A stretch of DNA of 43,018 nucleotides from Clostridiales bacterium (GCA_918241715.1 CAKJYB010000014.1:1-43018); one strand, 5' to 3'. Shown: positions 8,630 to 15,495, numbered from the stretch's first letter. Notes: a model not told the origin generated them from the letters alone. Made by a program: numbers and translations.

Positions 8630-8992
8630 TTAACAATTTTCTCCTTGATTTACTGCATAGATGCGTTCAAGAAGTTCGTCATAATATTTTTTTTGCGTTT
8701 CTCCAGCAAACTCCATGGCATGTTGGTATTCATTCAAAAACACCACTTCTTTATACCTGATTGGGTTTGAATACAATTCACTTTCACTTCTTATCTGACA
8801 CTTCTCAAGCATCAATCCCCAATAGGCATCTGCACACTTGCTGTCATATTGCAACGCAAGCATAAAATTCAACTTTGCTTGTTCAAACAACTCTTCACTC
8901 AAATTTATATAACCAAGTTTAAGTTCCTTGATAACTTTCGTCCTTTCTTCTTCGTTTAAATCTTCGGACGCACAATAGACTCTCCCGTTCAC
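8630..8992 (-). CDS. Small TPR-like helical protein, paralogous to aa ~40-140 of the 1271-aa protein
   Basis: 120 aa, GTG start in a GTGA overlap with the upstream stop. Shares the pattern A(Y/H)(W/F)G..L.K..I ... (Y/F)Q(H/Y)AM(E/K)....T...Y.E...RI with the N-terminal module of ORF 2431..6246. Confidence 0.6.
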   Translation of the reverse strand: MNGRVYCASEDLNEEERTKVIKELKLGYINLSEELFEQAKLNFMLALQYDSKCADAYWGLMLEKCQIRSESELYSNPIRYKEVVFLNEYQHAMEFAGETQKKYYDELLERIYAVNQGENC

Positions 8993-9399
8993 TCTTCTAT
9001 CTCTTCCTTCTTTCTTTGCACGATATATGCTTCTACTTCTTCCAAAAGCCTAAGGCAAGTTTCTTGTGTGTTGTCTTTTGCTGTTGCAATTTTCAAGTCG
9101 TCAAGTCTTGCTGCAAGTTTTGTGTCAACTTCTTGTGCTCTTGAATTTGTTGTTGGATTGAAAAACTTTATGTTGTCTTTTACTTCAACAAGTCTGTTGC
9201 AAAGTTCGTCATTTCCGTTTGCGTAAACCAAAATGCTTTCTACATTTGCAACCATGTTTTCAATTGTCTTTTTGTTTTTTAAAACTCCACGACTTCCAAC
9301 ATCTTCGCCTTTTGCATGCTTTGGTCTATATTCTCTGTAAATGAAATAAACCGAAACGCCAAGTATTGCAAGTCCTACAAACAAATAAAAAATCCACAT
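8989..9399 (-). CDS. Bitopic membrane protein with cytoplasmic helical domain (unknown family)
   Basis: 136 aa. N-terminal TM helix MWIFYLFVGLAILGVSVYFIY, then a charged helical region. SD AAGGAG lies 8 nt upstream and overlaps the upstream stop. Confidence 0.6.
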   Translation of the reverse strand: MWIFYLFVGLAILGVSVYFIYREYRPKHAKGEDVGSRGVLKNKKTIENMVANVESILVYANGNDELCNRLVEVKDNIKFFNPTTNSRAQEVDTKLAARLDDLKIATAKDNTQETCLRLLEEVEAYIVQRKKEEIEE

Positions 9400-9411
9400 A
9401 ATAATTTCTCC

Positions 9412-10254
9412 TTACAATTTTGCTCCACAATTTAAGCAAAATTTTGATTCTTCAGAATTTTCCGTTCCACATTCTTTGCAAATGTTTTTCCTAGAAACTT
9501 TTGCTCCACAATTGTCGCAGAATCTTGAAGTTGGTTTTAAAACGTTTCCACATTCTCTGCACACAAATTGTTCTTCTTTTGTCTCTGTTTGTGCTATGTT
9601 TTTCTTCGCCTTTGAAAGTCTTGTAAAGTCGTTTTCGTCAATCACAACATTTGCAATATTGAAAGTGTAAACTGCAATTCCATAATCTCCCATAAGTCTT
9701 TGATTTATCTTGCTCAAAACTTTTGCAGAAATTTCTCTTTTCTTTGTTGTAAGTTGGTTGAACGGAATTTTGTTTTCCTGCGCATATTCAACAACTTCAT
9801 TTTCCAAAACAGAAACGACATTTATCACAAGTCTTGATTGGAGATCTTCGCTGGTCATGTTTTCGTTTGCACCAACAAGATACAAATAGCACTTTCTTGG
9901 GTCTCCAATTTGAACATCAAAGTTTCCACTCATTCCAACTTTATAGTTGTCGTCAAGTGTTGGGTCATAGACCATAAACATTTGAGATGTCCCCCAAAGA
10001 AGTTTAAGTTTTGCCGTCTTTGACATAAAAAGCACTTCAAGTTTTACGTCAAGCTCTGTCCTAAGGTCAACAAACCTGCTTATCAAATATCTTCCTGAAG
10101 AAAGCGTTTGAAGCATTTGCCCATCTTTAACAAGAATTGCGTTGTGCGTTTCTGGCACAATAAGCGTCAATTTTGGACTGATTGGATTTTCAAGTTTTCT
10201 TCTTGTAAAAAGCTGGTCGTTGTTCCCTTCAAATGTGATTACGTTTTGTTCCAT
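9412..10254 (-). CDS. SPFH/band-7-like protein of the YdjI type with two C-terminal Zn-ribbons
   Basis: 280 aa. N-terminal region (LTLIVPETHNAILVKDGQMLQTLSSGRYLI) resembles the YdjI-like stomatin/prohibitin-related family that carries C-terminal Zn-ribbons. C-terminus has CRECG...FCDNCG and CKECG...FCLNCG. Confidence 0.65.
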   Translation of the reverse strand: MEQNVITFEGNNDQLFTRRKLENPISPKLTLIVPETHNAILVKDGQMLQTLSSGRYLISRFVDLRTELDVKLEVLFMSKTAKLKLLWGTSQMFMVYDPTLDDNYKVGMSGNFDVQIGDPRKCYLYLVGANENMTSEDLQSRLVINVVSVLENEVVEYAQENKIPFNQLTTKKREISAKVLSKINQRLMGDYGIAVYTFNIANVVIDENDFTRLSKAKKNIAQTETKEEQFVCRECGNVLKPTSRFCDNCGAKVSRKNICKECGTENSEESKFCLNCGAKL

Positions 10255-10296
10255 TTGGCCAATAATATCTTTAAAAAGATATTCTCCTTCATAATG

Positions 10297-10326
10297 ATAT
10301 TAGCACACTCACTTTTCAAAAGTCAA
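10297..10326 (-). promoter_or_regulatory. Candidate sigma-A promoter of the 7-gene operon
   Basis: Minus strand: -35 TTGACT (10321..10326), 18-nt spacer ending in TGC, -10 TAATAT (10297..10302). Confidence 0.4.
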
Positions 10327-10459
10327 AGAAAGAACTTAAAACAAACAAATTTTTCTCTTTTATTTCTGCCAAATTTAACAATTTTTTGTGATTTTTAATA
10401 CATTGTTAATGTGTAGACCCCTTACACAAAAATATACATAAGATTTTTAGGAGGAACAA

Positions 10460-10651
10460 ATGAACTTTTTTGGAGGCTCAACTTTCGGAGAAATGGGCAA
10501 AGAAAATGGTGGAACAAACTGCTGCAGTTTAATTTTCTTGCTTCTTCTTTTGAAAAATTGTGGTTGTGGTTTTATGAAAGGTGGAATCAATGTAGATTGC
10601 TCAACAATCATGCTTTTGCTCTTACTTTCAAATTGTGGCTGCAACAACTAA
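10460..10651 (+). CDS. Cys-rich hydrophobic 63-aa peptide with internal duplication
   Basis: Strong SD AGGAGG upstream of the ATG and a rho-independent terminator directly downstream. Two repeats: CCSLIFLLLLLKNCGCG and DCSTIMLLLLLSNCGCNN. Confidence 0.6.
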   Translation: MNFFGGSTFGEMGKENGGTNCCSLIFLLLLLKNCGCGFMKGGINVDCSTIMLLLLLSNCGCNN

Positions 10652-10665
10652 GTCAAAAAAACAAT

Positions 10666-10696
10666 CAAAAAGCCTGCCAGACGGCAGGTTTTTTTG
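10666..10696 (+). terminator. Rho-independent terminator
   Basis: CCTGCC-AGAC-GGCAGG hairpin (10673..10688) followed by a T7 run. Confidence 0.8.
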
Positions 10697-10777
10697 TATT
10701 TTTTGCGTTTTTTCTGTTGTAAAATGTTTACTTTTGATAAAAAATAATGTAAAATGCTTCTATAAAGGTGGTTGGGT

Positions 10778-11164
10778 ATGAATATTCAAAAGAAATATGG
10801 TGCCGGAGCAGAACTTCTTTGGTCGGACAAAAAAAGACATATGGGCATGCCATTGTCCGTAACAAGATACAGACTTGTCAGAAAGCCAGGCGTTTGGTGC
10901 AAAGTCTTCTCTGATGTAGGTTTTTTAACTTCAACAATTGAAGAAGTAAATGTTTATAGAATTCGTGATGTTTCTTTCCGTCAAGGTTTGCTTGGAAAAA
11001 TTTTTAATACTGGAACGGTTACCCTTGTTTCAAACGACAGCTCTACAGACACTCTTGTTTTGGAAAATGTTAAAAACCCATATCAAGTTAGAGAGATGTT
11101 TGCTGACCTTATCGAAAAAGAAAGAGAACTCCATGGTGTAAAAGTTACCGAACACCAAAGATAA
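10778..11164 (+). CDS. Bacterial PH-domain (bPH_2/YdbT-like) protein
   Basis: Start set to ATG 10778, with SD AAAGGTGG 6-7 nt upstream. The pattern T.YRL....V......G.L......V.VYRIRDVSF.QGLLGKIFN.GTV resembles DUF304-type bacterial PH domains. No TM helices. Confidence 0.5.
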   Translation: MNIQKKYGAGAELLWSDKKRHMGMPLSVTRYRLVRKPGVWCKVFSDVGFLTSTIEEVNVYRIRDVSFRQGLLGKIFNTGTVTLVSNDSSTDTLVLENVKNPYQVREMFADLIEKERELHGVKVTEHQR

Positions 11165-11181
11165 TAAATTTAAAACAAATT

Positions 11182-11206
11182 GCCAAGTTTCTTCTTGGCT
11201 TTTTTA
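11182..11206 (+). terminator. Rho-independent terminator
   Basis: GCCAAG-TTTCTT-CTTGGC hairpin followed by a T run. Confidence 0.7.
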
Positions 11207-11232
11207 TTTTTTCATAAAATTTTTGTTTTTTC

Positions 11233-11261
11233 TTGACAACCAACCTTAAATATGCTATATT
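11233..11261 (+). promoter_or_regulatory. Promoter of tRNA-Ala
   Basis: -35 TTGACA (11233..11238), 17-nt spacer with TGn, -10 TATATT (11256..11261). The tRNA 5' end lies 13 nt downstream. Confidence 0.6.
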
Positions 11262-11273
11262 TTTAGAGCATAT

Positions 11274-11350
11274 GGGGGTGTGGCTCAGTTGGCTAGAGCA
11301 CCTGCCCTGCAAGCAGGGGGTCACCGGTTCGAATCCGGTCATCTCCACCA
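11274..11350 (+). tRNA. tRNA-Ala (anticodon UGC), CCA encoded
   Basis: Cloverleaf folded by hand: acceptor GGGGGTG/CATCTCC with a G3:U70 pair and A73. D stem GCTC/GAGC. Anticodon stem CCTGC/GCAGG with loop CCTGCAA. T arm ACCGG-TTCGAAT-CCGGT. 3' CCA present. Confidence 0.85.
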
Positions 11351-11394
11351 TAATCGACATTATACGGACAGAAATGTTCGTATATTTTTTGTTA

Positions 11395-11423
11395 TTGACA
11401 GACAATCTGCTCCATGATATAAT
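11395..11423 (+). promoter_or_regulatory. Consensus sigma-A promoter of the double-HEPN gene
   Basis: -35 TTGACA (11395..11400), exactly 17 nt spacer ending TGA, -10 TATAAT (11418..11423). SD AGGAG at 11432..11436. Confidence 0.65.
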
Positions 11424-11442
11424 TTTGTTATAGGAGAAAAAA

Positions 11443-12672
11443 ATGGCAAACAACATAAACGCAACAACCAGAATATTGCCAGAAGCGAGAGCTTTTATTG
11501 TTGGACATTTTATGCCCAACGAAAACCCTGTTGAAAAACATTGTTCAAACGATATGCCTTTACATTCTGCAATGTTGTGCCTTTATTCTGCCATGCTTTT
11601 GCTTCAAGTGCAAGAGATTTTTCCACAAGTACACGAATACTTTTCTGGCAGAAAAAACAAGGAATTTGATTGCAACCAAAGGGCAAGACAAATACGTTCT
11701 GACATATATAGAAAAAACCAAAATCTCAGCCAGCAAGAAATTGACCAATTGGCAGAAAAACAACTTGAAACAGAAATCAGAAATGCCTTTTCTCACGGGT
11801 GCTTTAAGTTTTCGTTTGACTCAAAATCTCAACCTGTTGTAGTCCTTTCAACAAACTATGCTGGAGCAAACCAAAATGCCTCAATCACAATTTCTTTTAA
11901 AGAGATTTTTACAACTCTTGGTGGACACATAAAACTGCAAGAATACAAAGTAAAAAAGATGTTAAAAGATTTAAACGAAAGCCTTGATTTACAGCATCTT
12001 GACAAGCAAACTTTTGCAAACTTAATCAAAGACGAAAGTCTTGATCAACAAAAAATTGAAGAAATAAAAAACTGCATTTTCAGAAATATTGCTCTTCCAA
12101 AAATGCTTCAACACATGACAAACTATTTTGTAAACAGAGACTATCAAATCCCAGAAGAAATTGACAAAAAGATAAGAAACCCTATTTATTCGACCTGTTT
12201 GGAAATCATCTTTATGACTTCGCTTATAGCATACAATCAAAATGAAGCCTACCAGACACTTTCTCCAGACTCTTTGCTCTTCAAAAAAATATCCATTCTC
12301 AGAAATTCTCTTATGCACGGACTGACAAACTTTTCAGATGGTGGCTTGAAAGTGTCCATATCTCATGGCAAACCAAAGTATGCTGGGATTTTGGACGAAG
12401 AGTTTGACTCTGTTCTTCTTGGAATGAAAATGGAGATGTGGAGTGCAGAAACCGAAATTGCAAAGATTGACAAAGCACTCAACTTTGACGACCTAAGTGA
12501 AGAAGAACAATACTATATGAAAGAAATTTTAAGGTCTTCTGGAATAACAAAAGAAAACTCCGAAGACTTGAAAGAAATAAAAGAATCTTTCCTTGAACAA
12601 ATGGGTAAAATTTATGAAGAGACCGAAAAAATCATAAACGAAAAAGCCGACCCAGATGGAGATGGAAAATAA
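11443..12672 (+). CDS. Protein with two HEPN-type RNxxxH motifs (predicted RNase, unknown family)
   Basis: 409 aa. RNAFSHG at aa 113-119 (11779..11799) and RNSLMHG at aa 287-293 (12301..12321). Each sits late in a ~150-aa helical segment, as in HEPN domains. Confidence 0.6.
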   Translation: MANNINATTRILPEARAFIVGHFMPNENPVEKHCSNDMPLHSAMLCLYSAMLLLQVQEIFPQVHEYFSGRKNKEFDCNQRARQIRSDIYRKNQNLSQQEIDQLAEKQLETEIRNAFSHGCFKFSFDSKSQPVVVLSTNYAGANQNASITISFKEIFTTLGGHIKLQEYKVKKMLKDLNESLDLQHLDKQTFANLIKDESLDQQKIEEIKNCIFRNIALPKMLQHMTNYFVNRDYQIPEEIDKKIRNPIYSTCLEIIFMTSLIAYNQNEAYQTLSPDSLLFKKISILRNSLMHGLTNFSDGGLKVSISHGKPKYAGILDEEFDSVLLGMKMEMWSAETEIAKIDKALNFDDLSEEEQYYMKEILRSSGITKENSEDLKEIKESFLEQMGKIYEETEKIINEKADPDGDGK

Positions 12673-12702
12673 AAAAAAGATGGTTTATTCACCATCTTTT
12701 TT
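12672..12702. terminator. Bidirectional terminator between convergent genes
   Basis: A8 run, GATGGT-TTATTC-ACCATC hairpin, T6 run. The hairpin overlaps the last codons of the minus-strand ORF. Confidence 0.6.
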
Positions 12703-12948
12703 GTTGTCTGTTTTTGAATCGTCAAACCACAAAATCTTTCCTTGAACAGCAATTGAAACAATGTCTACAATCCACATAAATGGAGCAAATAAGATCAAAA
12801 CAATTGCCAAAACAACTCCGATTGTATAGTTGTTTTTGATTGATTTGAAAAGTCTGTAAATTTGCCAAAGTATGTCCACAAATGGAAGTGCAAGCAGCAC
12901 TTTTCCCCATAGTGGAAATTCATCAAACGTCTTTATATATTCGTCCAT
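12685..12948 (-). CDS. Small two-TM membrane protein (paralogue of the partial ORF at the window end)
   Basis: Start set to the internal ATG (MDEYIKTF...), so it begins 1 nt after the mscL stop codon (12950..12952). Shares PF....W.....R...G......L....WIVD.V......KIL with ORF 42805..43018. Confidence 0.5.
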   Translation of the reverse strand: MDEYIKTFDEFPLWGKVLLALPFVDILWQIYRLFKSIKNNYTIGVVLAIVLILFAPFMWIVDIVSIAVQGKILWFDDSKTDNKKDGE

Positions 12949-12949
12949 T

Positions 12950-13609
12950 TTATTCTGCCTTCTTTTTTCTTGATTTCTTTTCTTTTGGTTCTTCTTTTGG
13001 CTCTTCGTGGCAGTGGCATTCTTCTCCACATTCACAAACCATTTCGTTTTGTTTTTTAAGTTCTGCCAAAATCTGTGTCAAAAGTTCTTCTTGTGTTGGT
13101 GCTACAGGTGCTGGTGCTGGAGCATTCTTTGCACGGAGTTCTGCTGTTGCAGCCAAAACTGCCTTGCGATCTCTCATGTTTACACCTTGTGCACGAAGTT
13201 CTTTCTTTTCTTCTTTTGTTGGTCTTTCGCTTGCTGCTTTTGTTGCATAACCCTTTGCACTCATAACAAGTTTTATGATTGTAAAGAGAACAAATGCAAT
13301 AATCAAGAAGTCAATGACTGCTGTGATAAATGCACCCCAATCTATGTAAATACTCTTTTCAAGGTCAATCACTTTTACGCCATCAACTGTTGTGTAAACT
13401 CTCTTCAAGAATGTGTAAACAGCTTCAAGTCCATCTCCCCCAACAATAAGTGCAAGCACCCAGTTGATTATTGGTCTTATGATGTGGTTTGTAAATGCTG
13501 TAACAATTGCACTAAACGCACCACCGATGATAACACCAACAGCCAAATCAAGAATGTTGCCACGGCTTATAAATGCCTTAAATTCTGCAAAAAATCCTTT
13601 CTTTTTCAT
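12950..13609 (-). CDS. mscL: Large-conductance mechanosensitive channel MscL with extended C-terminus
   Basis: FKAFISRGNILDLAVGVIIGGAF... is the MscL TM1 signature. Start set to MKKKGFF (13609). C-terminal helix EELLTQILAELKKQN is followed by an extra Cys/His-rich, Lys-rich tail. Confidence 0.85.
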   Translation of the reverse strand: MKKKGFFAEFKAFISRGNILDLAVGVIIGGAFSAIVTAFTNHIIRPIINWVLALIVGGDGLEAVYTFLKRVYTTVDGVKVIDLEKSIYIDWGAFITAVIDFLIIAFVLFTIIKLVMSAKGYATKAASERPTKEEKKELRAQGVNMRDRKAVLAATAELRAKNAPAPAPVAPTQEELLTQILAELKKQNEMVCECGEECHCHEEPKEEPKEKKSRKKKAE

Positions 13610-13671
13610 TTCTATCTCCTTTCCTTTATATTTTAAAACACTCACGTTTGTTTTTGCAAATGTTTTTTTAG

Positions 13672-14088
13672 TTATTTGACAATTTTTCTTTCACAAGTTT
13701 GTTCTACAAGGTCCTTAAGCGTAACATTTTCAAGATAGTTGTTTATCAACTTGTTTAATGTGTTCCACACTCCTATTGTGTCGCACTTGTCTGCAATAGG
13801 ACAAACATCGTTGTCAAGGCATGTCGAAATTTTGATGCTGTCATCTGTTGCATCAAGAATGTCTTTGACAGAAATCTCTTCTCTCTTTCTTGCAAGTTTG
13901 TATCCACCATTTGTTCCACGCATGCTTACAACAAGTTTTGCCTTTGAAAGCATACCGATAATTTTTTCAAGATATTTGATTGAAATTTGTTGTCTTTCTG
14001 CAATCTCACTTGTCGAAACAAACCCTTCATTTCTTGCTATGTCTGCCATAATCCTTACGGCATATCTTCCTTTTGTTGTAATTTCCAT
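13672..14088 (-). CDS. Rrf2-family transcriptional regulator (IscR/CymR-like)
   Basis: MEITTKGRYAVRIMADIA...GGYKLAR wHTH signature. Three Cys (CLDNDVCPIADKC) are in the position of the Fe-S ligands. Confidence 0.85.
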   Translation of the reverse strand: MEITTKGRYAVRIMADIARNEGFVSTSEIAERQQISIKYLEKIIGMLSKAKLVVSMRGTNGGYKLARKREEISVKDILDATDDSIKISTCLDNDVCPIADKCDTIGVWNTLNKLINNYLENVTLKDLVEQTCERKIVK

Positions 14089-14153
14089 AATTACTCCTTC
14101 CTTGATTATAACACAAAGTCAGCAAACAAAAAAATAAAACGCTTAAAAACGTC

Positions 14154-15251
14154 TTATTTCTTTATCTTTTCCCATGGAAATTCTTTTCTTCCAAAATGTC
14201 CAAAGCATGCCGTCTGTTTGTAAATTGGTTTCAAAAGCCCAAGTTCCTTGATTATGTTGTCTGGAGAAAAATCAAAATTTTCTGAAACATATTTGTCAAT
14301 TTCTTTCATTGGCTTTTTGTTTGTTCCAAAACATTCGACATACATGGAAACAGGGTCTTCCATGCCGATTGCATAACTCACTTGAATTTCGCACTTGTCA
14401 GCAAATCCGTGTGCAACAATATTTTTTGCAACATATCTTGCATAGTAAGCTGCGCTTCTGTCAACTTTTGTTGCATTTTTGCTTGAAAAACATCCACCAC
14501 CAACTCTGCCAACTCCACCATAGGTGTCAACAACAATCTTTCTTCCAACGCAACCACTATCTCCAAAACTGCCCCAGATTGTAAACTTTCCACTTGGGTT
14601 GATTATGTATTTTGTGTCTTTTGTGATGTAGTTTTTATATTCTTTCAAAACTGGCATCACAACATCTTCTTTGATTGTTTTTTGAATCTGTGCAAGTGTA
14701 AGTTTTGAGTCATGAGAAACGCTGATTAAAATCGTGTCAAAGCTTGTTGGTTTTTCGTCTTCATACACAACAGAGACTTGCCCCTTTGCGTCTGCAAAAT
14801 AAAGTTTGTGCTTTCTTCTGAAATCGTCATAACATTTCATAAGCTTGTGTGCAACCAAAATTGGAAGTGGCATAAACTCTTCTGTTTCATTTGTTGCATA
14901 ACCAAACACCATGCCTTGATCATTTGCACAAAGTTTTTGTTTTACAACTGCCTGATTGATGTCTGGGCTTTGTTCGCTGATTTCCTTTACAATGGAAAAT
15001 TCGTTTTTATACCCAACTTCTTTAAGCACTTTTCTTGCAATTTTGTCATAGTCAATTTTGGCCTTTGTTGTCGCTTCCCCATAAATGAAAAGTTTGTCAT
15101 TTTTTATTGCGCACTCAACTGCCATTTGGCTGTTTTTGTCTTGCTTTAGCGCTTCGTCCAAAATTGCGTCTGCAATAGTGTCGCAAGTTTTGTCTGGGTG
15201 GCCAATGTTTACGCTTTCACTTGTGATAATTTTTCTTTCTTTTGTCTTCAT
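14154..15251 (-). CDS. metK: S-adenosylmethionine synthetase
   Basis: SESVNIGHPDKTCD, GDSGCVGRKIVVDTYGG and FSSKNATKVDRSAAY match MetK signatures. SD AGGAGAG upstream. Lies downstream of a SAM riboswitch. Confidence 0.9.
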   Translation of the reverse strand: MKTKERKIITSESVNIGHPDKTCDTIADAILDEALKQDKNSQMAVECAIKNDKLFIYGEATTKAKIDYDKIARKVLKEVGYKNEFSIVKEISEQSPDINQAVVKQKLCANDQGMVFGYATNETEEFMPLPILVAHKLMKCYDDFRRKHKLYFADAKGQVSVVYEDEKPTSFDTILISVSHDSKLTLAQIQKTIKEDVVMPVLKEYKNYITKDTKYIINPSGKFTIWGSFGDSGCVGRKIVVDTYGGVGRVGGGCFSSKNATKVDRSAAYYARYVAKNIVAHGFADKCEIQVSYAIGMEDPVSMYVECFGTNKKPMKEIDKYVSENFDFSPDNIIKELGLLKPIYKQTACFGHFGRKEFPWEKIKK

Positions 15252-15260
15252 TCTTCTCTC

Positions 15261-15461
15261 CTACTTTTTAAATTTTGATAAATAAATCTTGCATTGTATT
15301 GAAGAAGCACTTTTAATAAGTTCGTCTATTTCTTCATTTGACATTCTCTTTAATGCTTCTTCTCTTTTTTCTCTTGTTTCATACTTCTCTTGGAAGTCGT
15401 AAATCAAATCTTTTTTCTTTTGCTCTTCTTCATAATCGTAGTTAAATTCTCTTTTATTCAT
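15261..15461 (-). CDS. Small charged 66-aa protein, first ORF after the SAM riboswitch
   Basis: ATG 15461 (MNKREFNYDYEEE...) with SD GGGGGAG 5 nt upstream. The N-terminal extension in the ORF track would run into the riboswitch terminator. Confidence 0.45.
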   Translation of the reverse strand: MNKREFNYDYEEEQKKKDLIYDFQEKYETREKREEALKRMSNEEIDELIKSASSIQCKIYLSKFKK

Positions 15462-15495
15462 AAATCTCCCCCTATATATCCACAAAGAGAGCATG

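Noticed and set aside
11145-11519. ORFs 11145..11519 (-) and 11233..11433 (+) spanning the tRNA-Ala gene
   Set aside because: They translate through a canonical tRNA and its promoter, so they are artefacts of ORF calling.
11443-12672. Possibility that the double-HEPN protein is a miniature Cas13-type effector
   Set aside because: At 409 aa it is far smaller than any known Cas13. I found no direct-repeat array or cas genes anywhere in the window. I therefore treat it as an orphan HEPN RNase candidate.
11351-12700. Search for integrase, IS element or duplicated tRNA 3' end marking a mobile island at tRNA-Ala, and likewise at tRNA-Arg (23797..26100)
   Set aside because: No recombinase-like ORF and no repeat of the tRNA 3' segment could be found by eye. 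Island status remains only a contextual suspicion.
13007-13636. 209-aa plus-strand ORF rich in Cys, antisense to mscL
   Set aside because: Shadow ORF of the clearly recognisable mscL gene. No SD and no recognisable motif.
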